Positions 27,923 through 40,064 of a stretch of 64,000 nt of DNA are shown here, piece after piece; positions within the stretch are counted from its first letter, which is position 1; the number at the start of each line of letters is the position of its first letter. The translations under genes were made by a program, and so were the position numbers. This stretch comes from the human T2T-CHM13v2.0 reference genome, Homo sapiens, in the NCBI RefSeq assembly GCF_009914755.1, contig NC_060925.1. One strand, given 5' to 3'. The notes under the pieces were generated by a model. It saw nothing but the letters and a program-made list of their open reading frames with translations. It was not told the origin of the DNA and did no database searches.

Positions 27923-28439
27923 CAGACGTCCACTTTTGCAGCTATGTGGGGAGAGTCGATGTGAGGTAGGCAAGCTTGCAGGGGAAGGCCTTTTAGGAAG
28001 GATGTAGCAGGAACCTGGACTTGGGTCATGGCAGTCACAAGGGAGAGAAGGCATGATCAGATATCTACTCCAGACGGGATTGATAGGATGTGCTGATAGA
28101 TTGCAGGGAATGGGAGTGTTGGGGAGGGTCCTGGGTGACTGAGTGTCTGCTTGCTCTTTACAGGGGTTTCTGTCCCACCACAGAGTGGCATACCTGGCTC
28201 CTGGGCTCCTGGGTGACCCTAAGAAGCTGTCCCAAGATGACCATCAGGGCCCCTTCCATCCCTCACTTGGGTCTGGTGCAAGATGTCTCAGTGACTCTTA
28301 CCTCTTGTGCAATAGGCAGTACTTTTTTCCAAATTTGATATTCTCCTTTGCATCTGACAGGGCCACTCTCCATTTCCTAATTACCGCAGAACAGTCTTGC
28401 CTGAAAGTGCCTTCCTAAGCTGGGGTCCTACCTCAGAAT

Positions 28440-28635
28440 CAGTAGTGAGTTAGTAAATCAGATCTCTGGATGGTGAAAAATGAAACCCTAATTTGTAACA
28501 TGTACCAATTTCTATGGTATAAATACCCCTGCCATGGCGACTTTGAAGCTATCAATAGTTAACCAACTCAAAAAAATCCTGAACAGCTAACACTTGGCTT
28601 TCACCAGCCTATAGGAGCCAGGCCTAGCTCAGTAT
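28440..28635 (-). mobile_element. MER63A-like (hAT-Blackjack)
   Basis: aaaccctaatttgtaac...aatttctatggtataaatacccctgccatggc...aagcta...aaaatcctgaa resembles reverse MER63. Confidence 0.65.
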
Positions 28636-31163
28636 CGCATGACTGCTGGCCTAGAACACTATGCCAAACAATTTCCTCCAGCTTCTCAAAATGCACAGTT
28701 GTCCAGCGTAGAAGCAGAGTATGCAGGAGGCTTGGTGAGCTGATGCGCTGAGTCCATAGGTCTGGGAATGAATCCAGTCAGTGACTCACTGCATGCTCAA
28801 GTGTGTCTGAATAGGTTAACTTCAAAACCAAACCGAATACTCAAGGCAACTTCTCTCTACTGGTGATGTAGAACAGCCTGGCAGAACATTCCCCATGGGT
28901 AGGTTTTGGGGAATGAATAGGGAGTCGGGAAATCTGGGTGACAACTCTGGGGCTGCTGCTAGTTGGCTCAGTGACCTCAGACATGTTGCCTGACCTCTCT
29001 GAGTCTCAACCTTCACATCCCCAAAATGAGAGGCAGATGATCTCTAATAGTCAGTCACTGAGTGTCTTCCAAGTGACAATCAGTGTCACTTGGTTAATGC
29101 AACACCAAGTTGCCTGAGGAACCTGCTTCTGACCCAGGCAACTATGCAGGTTGTGAAGCCAGAGGGGAGTTTGAGCACCAAGTTCAAGAAGGCAGTCTTG
29201 CAAGACTTTCCTCGAAGCAGCTCCTACAGACTGGCTCTTTCACCTTAAACGCCATAGTTTTGGATACAGGTAAGAGTCATGGGGACAGAAAAGGAAGGGA
29301 GACAGAGACAACCTGGGGAAGAATGATGACACTTGGTGACTGGAAGAGTATGGGAAATGCAGACAAACAAGAGATCAAAGAGAGCTCCCAAAGTTGTGCC
29401 AATGCCGTAGTTTCCCACACCACGCAGAACAGCAGGAGCAGCAGCTTTTGGGCTTCTCTGGCTGGTAGACTGTGTTTAATGACTGCAGAGGCTGCACCGT
29501 CCTAAGCTGATGAAGAACTTCCTAGAATGTCCCCTAGGACCCCTCCTATGAAATGGTACCAACACCACTCTGTGACTTTGTCCAGGGTCTGTGTGTGGCA
29601 AACACTGCCTACTGTGTGGGCCATGAGAGGCCATGAAGGGAGCTGCACAGACATCCCCCACCCACAGATCACAGACCACCCTCACGGACAAACATCCCCT
29701 TTGCCATTCATTCCATCTCCTCCCCAAGCACATCCTGAAATGCCTTCCTCATTCTATAGCAGGCATAGCTAATATCCTCTTTTATAACCCCAGTTCTCTC
29801 CATTCGAGGCCATATAGGTGAACATAGTTGAGAAGTCAGAGGAGGGGGCTGAGAAATGCTTAAATACCCGCAGAGCAAGGACCAGACCCTTTTCTTCCTT
29901 CCTTGTTCTCAGGCTTTTCTGCACGTACTGGGGGCATTGGCTGTTGACACGTGAAATATTGAGGCAGCCTTGTCTATGCGCTGGGCACTTTATTTGGGTG
30001 AATGTACCTTTTCAAAATCAAGATATTCTGGGGTTTTTAAAAAATAAAAAGTATGAAAATATCCCAAAACAGAAAAGAGTACTGAGGATAACCATATAAA
30101 AACAATTTAAGCTGAGAAAAATAACCCAGTCCTGTCGAGTCCTAAAGAGAACCTTGGTTTCCATGGGACGTTAGCAAAGTGCAGAGCTCCTAGCAGTGGG
30201 TAGGATGGAATGTTTGCAGCCTTTCCAAATAAGCAAATATCCCCCAGAATCCAGCATCCGTGCCCCACATGCTGTGGTTCCAATTTGCTTCCTGTTTTCA
30301 GGCCTCCCAGAAATACATCTCACAGACTTTTTATTTTCATCTCCCCACCTTGAAAAGCACAGATTTGCAAGTGTGAGTGTCTTAGCAGGGAGACAAATCC
30401 AGCAGGCATTCAAGACATTCAGGCAGGAAGAAATGCATCTCATCGGAAATTTTCCATCGCCAGCACTTTTTAAAAAATTCCCAATATAAATGGGCTTTTA
30501 CTTGTAGGACGAAGGGCTCCATTATTTTTCAAATACTTTGCTGCTTCTAAGGAGCCAAGAAAATTGGTCATGCACCTGGCCAGCCGATCCAACCTCAAAA
30601 ATCTTCTGACCTCAATGAAAAGGCTCTAATTTTTCTTTGCCTTTAATAAATGTTTCTTCTCTTCTCCCCAGCAGTATTCAGCATGTGGGGTGGGCAGGCA
30701 GGGTGCCCAGTTAATGTAAACAGGCAGGAACACCTGATTCATCAGGATTCTTCCCACTGCTCCAATCCAGGGGTCTCTGCTTCAGACAGAACCCCTAGGA
30801 AGAGAAGCATGTGACTTAGGACTTCAGGGGGACTCGAAGTGCAAATACGTTATGGCACAGATTTAAATGTTTACCTATATATGTGTATGTTAAAAAATCA
30901 ATTTCTTAGAGATGGTTTGAAGGTGTCAGAAAAGCTAATTCAGGTAGAAAACATGTCCTTGCTCTGTAGATGCCTCCATTCTGTCTTCCAGAACCTGAGA
31001 GAGAAGAGCAAGGATTTGGACTGTGGCCTAGAGCGGGAATTTGCAGCTCTCTTTCCCAAGGAATGAATCGCAGCCCCTCAGGCTGGAACAGGCAGGTGCT
31101 GCGAAATCTGGCTGACAGGTCAGCTTCAAGGTGATGTGCTTGCTGAGTCTTCTCTCCTTTCAG

Positions 31164-31322
31164 CTAAGCTCTCATCACGCCCCTGGTGCCTGGTAAAAGT
31201 AAATAATGATGACTGAGCGTATGAAGCAGGAGGGTCTCTACACACCTGTAATTACTACCTAGCAAGTCCCTGCAGAACCCAGGAGTTCCCCCAGAGAGCC
31301 AGTGGGGCCGTTTCTGGAGAGA
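31164..31322 (+). other. Candidate non-coding/5'UTR internal exon (159 nt)
   Basis: Branch-like ctgag plus tcttctctcctttcag acceptor; AGA|gtaagt donor; stops in all three frames. Confidence 0.4.
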
Positions 31323-31520
31323 GTAAGTCAACGTGGGTCCTCCAGGCAAGATCTAGCTGGAGGAAGTAGAATTAAAACTTCTATCACTGGACGGATGTTT
31401 TGTCACTTGGCGGGAAAGTTCCAAGTCAAAGTTCCCAGTTTCCTAAGCTGTTATAAACCCGGTTGAAATGCTCACATACACCTGTGAGTGTCTCAAAACA
31501 AACAAAGCATAATCGCCTTA

Positions 31521-31812
31521 GAGCAGCACTGTCTCATAGAAATATAATGTGAACTACATGTTATTTAAAATTCTCTAGAAGCCACTTTTAAAAAGAAACA
31601 GATGAGATGAATTTTAATAATACGTTTAACTTAACCAACCCAAAACATTATCACTTCCTCATGTAATCAATATAAAAAATTGCTAGTGAGATATTTTACC
31701 AAGTCTTCAAAATCTGGATGTATACTACATTTTCAGCACATCTCACTGTGGACGAGGCATGCTTCAGGTGCTAAGAGCCACACAAGCTGTGTGCCATGTT
31801 GGACACTGCAGC
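31521..31812. mobile_element. MER33 (hAT-Charlie)
   Basis: cagcactgtc..atagaaatataatgtga...catgtaatcaatataaaaaatt...aagtcttcaaaatctgg...ttggacactgcag. Confidence 0.85.
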
Positions 31813-32062
31813 CTTTGAGGCTGACATTTACACCTCACCACCTTTTGAGAGCACCTGATGCATGATAGATTTCCCACAAACATTTCATATAGAAGAGTGA
31901 ACCTGTTATATGTGAAGTTTTACTTGATCTGAATATACTAGTGCTCTTAATAAAATAAGAATTACTAAAAAATTTCCTTTGAATAGTGCCAGGCGGGTCT
32001 GAAACCCAGCCTTGACTGATATTTTCATGTGCTGATAACAGCAACCAAAGTATCATGACTTC

Positions 32063-32077
32063 GGTTAATAATTGATT
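32063..32077 (+). promoter_or_regulatory. HNF1-type site overlapping a ONECUT/HNF6-like ATTGATT
   Basis: GGTTAATAATTGATT; two mismatches to GTTAATnATTAAC. Confidence 0.45.
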
Positions 32078-32506
32078 GCTCCTTGCAGGGGAAAAATAAA
32101 TAAAACCGGAATCTGACTGCTCCACCCCTTAGGGCAGCTTACTAACGTCTGGATGAGCATGCTTGTGTTCTTGCACTCTCTGGGAATTAGACACAAAAAC
32201 TGCCCTCAAGGACAGCACAGCCCAGGGACAGCCAGGCAGACCAATGCCTAATACTGCATGTGTGCAGGGGGTTGTGTTGGCAACAACATGAGTGGCTTCC
32301 TGGAGTGGAGGCTCCAGCTCTGCATCCTGAAGGGGGACTAGGAGGTCCTCAGGGAGGAGGGCAGGAAGGAAACATCCAGTGGAGGAAGCGGTAGGCACAG
32401 AAGTTTGCAGCCACTTGAAAAGCAGGGAGGCACAGGACCTTAGGACCCTTCTATAGTAGTCCCGTAAGCCCAGAGGGAACCATTTCACAGTGGGACAATC
32501 TATGGC

Positions 32507-32715
32507 AGCGTTGTCCGACCAAAATACTTGCAAGCCACATGTGTGATGGATTTCAGGAGCCACTGAAGGGTCAAAAGACAGAGATACAATTAATTGTAAT
32601 GACCTGTTTTTAGCTTAACCCACGTTGTCCAAAGCTTTATCATGTCACCGTGTGAGATACCTCACGTTCTTTTTCATGAAGTCTTTGAAATGTGAGGTGT
32701 CCTTGACACCAAGAA
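32507..32715. mobile_element. Second degenerate MER33 fragment
   Basis: cagcgttgtcc...gcaagccacatgtgt; tagcttaaccca..tgtccaaa..gaagtctttgaaat. Confidence 0.55.
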
Positions 32716-32839
32716 GGCATGCATGAGTCTAGATGCAGTGTGTATATATAGTGAGTAATAACCTCTGCTCACGTTCCTGGGTCCAAAAGAGAGATCAGGA
32801 CAGCTTCAAGGGAGAGGGCTAGGGATGAAAAAGGAGATA

Positions 32840-33850
32840 ATGTCGCCCACCACTTCTGAGGGGACAACAGGCTGCGCCAGGCGCTGTAACCCGGGGGAAA
32901 CGGAGGCAGCAGCTTCTCCCACGTGCTCCCAAAGGTGTCCGTGTCAACAGCATTAACTACCAAACAGAGCACTGAGGAACATTTGCTAAATGCTGCCAAG
33001 TGCCCGGACACCAGATCACAAGGCTGGCCCAGAAAAGAGCAAGTGCACCTGTGGGGGAGGAGGGCAAGTCCCCGTCGTCGGTCATCCCAGGTCACAGGGG
33101 TGCCTTTCCCTCCACTGCCAGGGAAATGCACATGCAGGCTGCCTAATGTGGAAATGTTTGGATCTGGAACAGAGAGGCTCTCAGGCCGGCGGGGAGGAGG
33201 CAGGGTGACAGTAACCAGCCGCACCGGAATGACGATGGGGAGCGCTGCACCTACGGCTTGCCAAGACCCCAGCAATATCTTTCCTAATAAGTCTAGCAGT
33301 GCCTGAGGCTCGCCTCCGAAGAACAGCCTCTCCCTTCCGCCTCTGTCTTCTTTAAGGGAGAGGGAGTGCAAGCCAAATCCAGCAAGCACTTGGACGCCGC
33401 CCTGCTCTCCCCGGGGCTCTGGGCTCTGCAACAGATCCGCTTTGTGAATGAAAGAGGCATCTCTCCAAGATGGCGCGCTCTACCCTGCGGGCACACCATG
33501 CACACGCCACTCCTCCAGCTGGTCTCGGGGACTGCAGTCCTTCTCTCCTGGATGGGTTGGGGGTGGGGGGCTGTTGAGAGCTTTCCTCCTCCTTTTCTTC
33601 TTCCTCCTCCTCCTGTCTCCCTAACCCTGGAAGGGGGCCATCCACTGAACTTCGGAAAGAGGTCACCCTCCCTGAAAGGGGGACTTGGATTGCTGCATCC
33701 AGAGCCACCCCCTGTGGTCCCTCAATCTAGCCACACTCCGTTGCTAAAGCAGGGAGAGGTTTCCTAGTCCGGTGTTCCGGCCCCACGCAAACGGAGCTCA
33801 GGATGACGCCACATGTGTGTTTGGGTCAAAGCGCTTTTAACTGTGGCTCC
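32840..33850. promoter_or_regulatory. CpG-enriched, repeat-free promoter/enhancer-like region
   Basis: Highest CpG density outside Alus by eye; CCAAGATGGCGC (YY1/CTCF-like, 33465-33476), TGACG (33804), CACATG, DR1-like GGGTCAAAG (33823), ETS-like cores. Confidence 0.6.
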
Positions 33851-34192
33851 AAGAACAGCCTGTACAGCCACTTGAGTTTCCCAGTAAGAAGGAATGTACA
33901 ATAGATGAGACTTTACTGGCAAAACAATTTTTAAAAGTAAAGGGAGAAGCAGCAGCCCAGCCTTGTCTCTTTATAGGGTCCTAGAGAACCGGTGGTGGCT
34001 GGGTTGAAAAGCACAGCGCTTAGCCATTCAGCAGTTTATGACCTCAGTTTACCAGGTCCTTGTAACAAGGTTACCGGAGGGGTTTTGCAAGCTTCTAGAC
34101 CCAGGTGTGGCTGAAGTTGAGCTGCTCAGGGACAGTGGTTTTCTTGCCACTGGGAGAAGGTTACCAAGAATAATTTTCCTGCCCCAGGACTT

Positions 34193-34301
34193 GTAGATGA
34201 TTAACGTGTTTCTTTCGCTTAACCAGAGAGTTAATGGTTATTCAAAGCACTCTTTGATGATGGAGGGTGGAGGGGAGAAAATGAATGCGTTAACCATTAA
34301 T
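34193..34301. promoter_or_regulatory. Cluster of three HNF1-like sites plus an inverted TCF/LEF pair
   Basis: gtagatgattaac (34193), gttaatggttatt (34230), gttaaccattaat (34289); tcaaag-cact-ctttga (34242-34257). Confidence 0.55.
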
Positions 34302-34775
34302 CCAGGGAAATGCCATAAAAATTAAAATGGAAAACACTCAACCTGGGAAAGGAATTCACTGGCTGGAAGGGTCAGCCAGGCAAACCTGGTGAGGAAGGAG
34401 GAAGAGAGGAGGCCAGAGGGAGGCCTTACAGTTCACGTATACTTAGAGCTGGGTTTTGTTATTTTTTGTTCCGTTTCCTTGTTTCATTGCTCCGAGGAAA
34501 CAGTAGAAATAACAAAATCACAAACATGGGAACATTACAAATAAAGTCAGTTTTATTGGTCTTTTTGCTCCAGCCTCCCACAGCTGAGCCTGTCTGACTT
34601 ATCCCCTGTCTGACTCGTTCCCCGGCCTCTTTGGGGAGCAGGAGGGGAGCTCAGGCAATCCATGCTTGGAGAAAGTCGAGAGTGTTTTTAGGAGGCTGGT
34701 GCTGACAGAGGCATGCAGCTCTGGCTCCCGGCCTCTTCTTGGGGCCACACTGGCCAGCACCCAGGCACAGCCATC

Positions 34776-34842
34776 ATGGCGCCTGCCCCAGTCACCCTGC
34801 TGGCCCCTGGGGCAGCATCCTCAATGTCTTGCAGCCAGCCCG
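34776..34842 (+). other. Exon-like segment encoding MAPAPVTLLAPGAASSMSCSQP(G), matching by recall the N-terminus of human MST1L; paralog/donor copy without MST1 exons
   Basis: Strong Kozak gccatcATGG; 22 codons plus G, then gt (phase 1); upstream acceptor ttggtctttttgctccag at 34573. Confidence 0.7.
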
Positions 34843-36179
34843 GTGCAAATAAACAGGAAGACTTCGGGGAAAAACTCCTGCTTGGCATAGGCTACTCCCA
34901 GTCACCATCTGGGACACGTCATGATGAGCTATGAGCTGGCACCAGTGGGAATCTCTGATGAAGGATGGGACTCCCCGAAGCATCACACATGTGTGGAGCA
35001 TTCTCTAGTAGGAAGACCTTTTTAGAGTACAAAGGCCAGATCCTGCCCTCAAGGGGTTTACAGGCCATTAGGGAGATAAAACAACCTAGGGCAAGTGCTG
35101 GAGATGCAGCATCAGCCAACTGCTGAATACACTCAAAAAAATGAGAGCCCACTGGATTGTCTGGGAGCCTCCTAGGAAAGCTGAGTCCAAGCTGGGCTGG
35201 GAGGTTGGATAAGGCTGTGGCCGGGAGAAAAGGGAGAGGCAAGGCAGAGAGAGAAAGGAATGGCAGAAATGTGTAAGGAAGAGACCTATTTGAAGAAGAG
35301 GAGAGAAAAGAAATTAACACTTGGAAGATAGGTTTGGGTCTGTCTGTGGGAGCCTCGTTGCCCAGCTGCATTTATACCCCATCACTGGCACTGTGGGGAG
35401 TTTTGAGAGGAGAGTGAAATTAACAAAGTGGGGCATGGGAGGAGGGGGGGTCATGAAGGATGAGAGCAAGCAAGTCACCATGTGGTTACAACAGTGACCC
35501 AGGGGTGCTCTCCAGGAACATGTGGGGCAGGGGAGCCCAGGGCAGGAGGAGGGCCCCGCTTCCTCTGTGCTCTAAAAAGGGAAGGGATCAAGGGGTGAAG
35601 ATTCCAGCCCCTTTGGAAGTGGAGGAGGCTAGGGAAGAGCTCTTACTACAGGGAATCCTGTTCTCATGGACCTGGAGGCCAGGGCCTTTGCTGAGAACAT
35701 GGCAGGGGAGGGCAAGGGCTCACAGAGGGAAAATTCAAAAACTCCAACAACTACTGGGAAGGAAGTGGAGTGAGGAAGGGATGAAGAGAGTGAATTTGTG
35801 GGTTCGGTGGACAAGGTTTTCTGGCTCTTCCTAGCATCCCAGGAGTTCAGAAAGCACAGGGTAAAAGCCACTTACTTTCTCCCTCTACCTTGATGGAGGG
35901 TTGACTATGGGCTAGTGCTGGTCTAGGAACTGAGGGGAGATGAAGGGCCTCAGATACATGTTCTCTGTCTTCACCAAGCTTGTTGCAGAGTGAAGGTAAG
36001 AAACATAATACAATTGCAATAAAGAGAAATGGACATGGGTCCTGCCCATTTGAATCAGAGATTGTTAGAAATACAGACTTCTGCCAACTGATTAAATCCC
36101 ACCACCACCACCGCCACCATTATCAGAAACTTTCTTGGCACAGGGCACAAGCTTGTGTCTTTTTTTCAAGGCTAGTTCT

Positions 36180-36385
36180 AACACACGGTGTAACATCCAT
36201 GAGTCAGATTGTCTTGGTTTCTATCCCAACTTTACCACTTACTGACTCTATGTGTGTGTGACTGCTCTTGCCTCAGTTTGTTCATCTAAAAAATAGGATA
36301 ATAGCAGTACCTACTTCGTAGGATTAAATGTGATCTTTCTTATAAAGTCCTAAGAAACAGCCTAACACAGCAGGTGCTTAGTAAC
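36180..36385 (+). mobile_element. MIR
   Basis: gagtcagattgtcttggtt..accacttactgact..tgcctcagtttgttcatctaaaaaatagg. Confidence 0.75.
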
Positions 36386-36419
36386 TGTTGGCTGTTCGCT
36401 AAAGGGCATGACTAGGGTT

Positions 36420-37310
36420 GTGGTAGGGGAAAAACACGGTGCTGTGGGAATCCAGGTGGGGGATCTAACCTGGACCTGAGGGTCAGGGAAGGCTTTCTGG
36501 AAGAGGTGACTTCCAAGCTGAGACATGCAGGAGAGTGAGGAGTGAACCAGGTCGCATGGGTGAAAGCGAGAGTTTAAGCAGAGAGAACAGCAGGTGCAAA
36601 GTTCCCAGACAAGAGATCCAAAACCATGGAAGGGACTGACTGTGGTTTGGTGGGGCTGGAATGCAGGGCGAGGCAGGGCTGTGGAGGGGCAGGAGATGTC
36701 CAGATCCTGGAAGTGTTTGAATTCTATCCTGAGGGCCACAGGACGCTGCTGCAGGGCTTTAAGGAGAGAGGGATCTGATCTGTGATTTGAGGCATCCCTC
36801 TTGCTACAGTTTGAAGAGTCGGTTGAAGGCACAAGCCCAGAGCCAGAGGCGAGTGAGGAAGAGGTTGACATGATCCCAACAAGGGAGACAGAAGGTCTGA
36901 ACTAGGAAAAGGGCTGTGGAGAGGGAGAAAGTGGGCAAACTGACAAGCACCTGGGTGGCCGATGGAAGTGGGGGGCTCAGGAAGATGAGCGTGCCAAGGG
37001 TGGCTCTGGACTTGGGTTTGAGCAACATTTCCACTGGATGGATGTTGAGAAAGGGAAGATGGAAATGGAGCACATTTGGGGAGAGAAATATAAATTCAGG
37101 TTTCAGTACATTGAGGTTTTTAGTGCGTATGAGATGTCCCAGTGGAGACGTCTGTCCACTGGGCAACTGGACATCAGGCTTTGGTGCTCAGGACCTATGG
37201 TGGGTTGTAAATATGTTTTTGGAAACCATGAGCATTTAGAGCTGAGGCTGGGAATTGACATAATGTTCAGTGAAGACTAGGAGATGCAGGAGGGGGTTCA
37301 TAGGCTCAAG
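36420..37310 (-). mobile_element. L2 relic
   Basis: gggtcagggaaggctttctggaagaggtgac..aagctgagac; tttgaattctatcctgagggc; ttcaggtttcagtacattgagg. Confidence 0.75.
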
Positions 37311-39530
37311 GAAACAGTATTGAAATGGGTGGGCCATGGGCCTACAGTGGAGTAGAGGATGGATAAAGTCAGACAGAGTTCTTGGCAAGTGGTGGAAGAG
37401 TTTGTAGTCAGACAGGGAGACCTCTGGGCCCAATATTTTTGAAGTGAGACAGTTCTGTGTGACTCTGAGCATAGCCATAGGCATAGCCATGTGTATGACC
37501 AAAGAAGGCAATGAGGAAGGCGAGTGGTCAGCTCAGGAATGGACACCCTGAGGCTGAAGACCCTGAGAATTCCCAGGAGATGCAGCAGAAAAGAAGAAGC
37601 TGGATGTGGGACTCACTGGGGAAGGTGAGGTATGTCCCTGTGTCCCAAGAGGAAGAGGGCAAGAATGAAGAGTGTACAAGAAATATGAATTGCCAAGAGA
37701 CTCTAGACAGTGCAGGAACACAGCTGCAGAGGCCCCCTGGAGAGAAGCCCACCATCCTCCCCTCCCAGGGACTGACACGGCAAAGGTATAGATGGCTTTG
37801 CACCCATCCCCCACTATCTGGCTCCTGCAGGAACCCTGACCAGGGAAAGCTGACTTCAGAGAAGGCAAATATGCCAAAACCCATGTTACAGAGACATTCG
37901 CGTGGTATCTCACCTACTTGTGCAGGCAGAGAAAGACTTGGCATCTCTCCCAAGCTGTATTCTTGACTCACTCTATGAATGAGGGCCTCCGATTTTCCAC
38001 CTATTAAATGGGATAATAATTCTTGACATCTACTTGCTTCACTTGAACACTATGAATATAAAATTTTTCCCAAGTGCTTTGAGCTCACATTAAAAGGCTC
38101 TACCTAAACATTAGTGCACTCACTGCTGGATTTTCTTGGACACCAATCAACTTAAGTGGATAATAATAAATTCCTCTGCCTATCTTTGTTGAGAGATTAA
38201 AAGAGGGAGAATCCCACAAGACCTTGCTTCTAGAATCCTCTGCTCTATAAAGTCTCTTAGGAAAGGAGTGTGAGGATGCACTCAGATGCAAGAGGTGTCT
38301 AGAATTGTTTGGTTTTAGAAATCTCCTTCCCTGAGCCATCTGGACTAAAGCATATGGCACAGAAGAATGAGGATGGAGTTGGGTAATACTTTGGGACCAT
38401 GGGCAGACATAGAGTAGATTCCAGGTTCATTTACTCCCTCACGTGTTCATTTATTCCATACAATTTTGCAGAGCTTTTTTCATGGGCTTCCTGCAAAGCA
38501 TCTAACCGCCAACCCCAGCGTCTGGTTGTCACTGTCTGGCCGCAGAACCAGCTTTCCCTGGCTGGACCTGTCTTCAGAGTCAGGTTGCTTGCCTTGCAGC
38601 CCCGCACCCACTCACATTCTCCTTGCTCTCTAGGTCCATGGGGTGAGATCGCTGACTGACAGAAGGAAGCTGTTCTCTGGGGTGTGCGTGACCCAAAGAC
38701 CAATGGAGGGAGGAAGAATAGATGCTCCAAATGGCCACTGCACTTCTCCAATGTCTGAAGGTGAGATTTCCATAGGGGCGAGGTGTACAGTGATCTTGTC
38801 CAGCTAAAGTTTCCCACCTCCCTAAGGAGTTTGTAAGTTTCTCAAGCGTAACGATCTGAATTCTCTTATCCTGAAGGACTGTTCACACAGTAGGAATGTG
38901 TTGAATGCAACTGAATAAATGATTTAGGCCATAAATTTGAGGACTGGATCATTCCCTTTAAGCTCCTGGTGGGTTAGGCAGATGCCAGAGAGGCTTCCCT
39001 TGTTCTTCCATAATATGTTGGCTTGCAGTTCTTTATTTTAACTAAAAGTGAAAGGCACAGATCAGAACAGCAACAAAGATGCTGCCCTTGAAGACTCAAT
39101 CCTGTTAAATTCACCCCAAGCAGTGCCTCGTTTAAATGGGCTGCCACTTACCAGGGTTTGTAAAACCAAGTTCAGAAAGAACCAGAATGGAAATGCCCCC
39201 TCGGATCCTGAATTTCTTCCTTTCCCGCTCAGGGGTTTAAAGAGGCCCGACACTGACAGAGCTTTCGAAGCCTTTCCTGCTCTCTGGGACTCACCTGAGT
39301 TTAGTCACGTTTCTGTTGGCGTAAGGAAAAGCATTTTGCAACCACATCCACCCAATGATAGGATGGGAGGCCTCTCCACATAGTGAGGGTGGACCCTGTG
39401 TTTGCTGCAAAGGCTGTGCCACTGTCCACGTGGGATGCTGTAAAAGGGACTTCCACCTGGGTGGGCGGTGACATCAGCAGACCCCTAGGGTCTTTTCCAA
39501 CTCAAAGCTTCTTTAATCATATGGTTTCAA

Positions 39531-39824
<294 letters not shown>

Positions 39825-39916
39825 CTATGGTTTCAGGTAATGGGACTCTGGAAAGAATGGTGGCAGGACATAGGCTCTGAACCTGCAAGAAAGAATGATG
39901 GCTTGAGAAACAGAAT

Positions 39917-40064
39917 TGATTTGATGTTGGGGGCCATCCTTACTAACAGGTCCCCCATGAGCAAGCTAATCCAATTCACGAGACAGAAGCTGGTCATTTG
40001 GATAGCTAAAAAAAAAAAAACCATCAACCATGACCCAGTTTCAGTGACAGTGCACAGTAATGGC
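39917..40064 (+). repeat. Copy A of a diverged direct duplication
   Basis: 70/84 ungapped identity to 42256-42339; shared internal poly-A and downstream cagtttca.tgacagt. Confidence 0.9.

Larger units (their letters stand above)
27190..28150 (-). mobile_element. L2 relic containing simple repeats
   Basis: ttatttgagcacc..tatatgccaggcactg; aagctgagacctaaagg; ggattttattctaagtacaatgggaagc. Confidence 0.7.

Noticed and set aside
32769-33431. Longest ORF (220 aa, - strand) as a gene
   Set aside because: Non-ATG start, no recognisable domain, and expected by chance in GC-rich sequence with overlapping ORFs on both strands.
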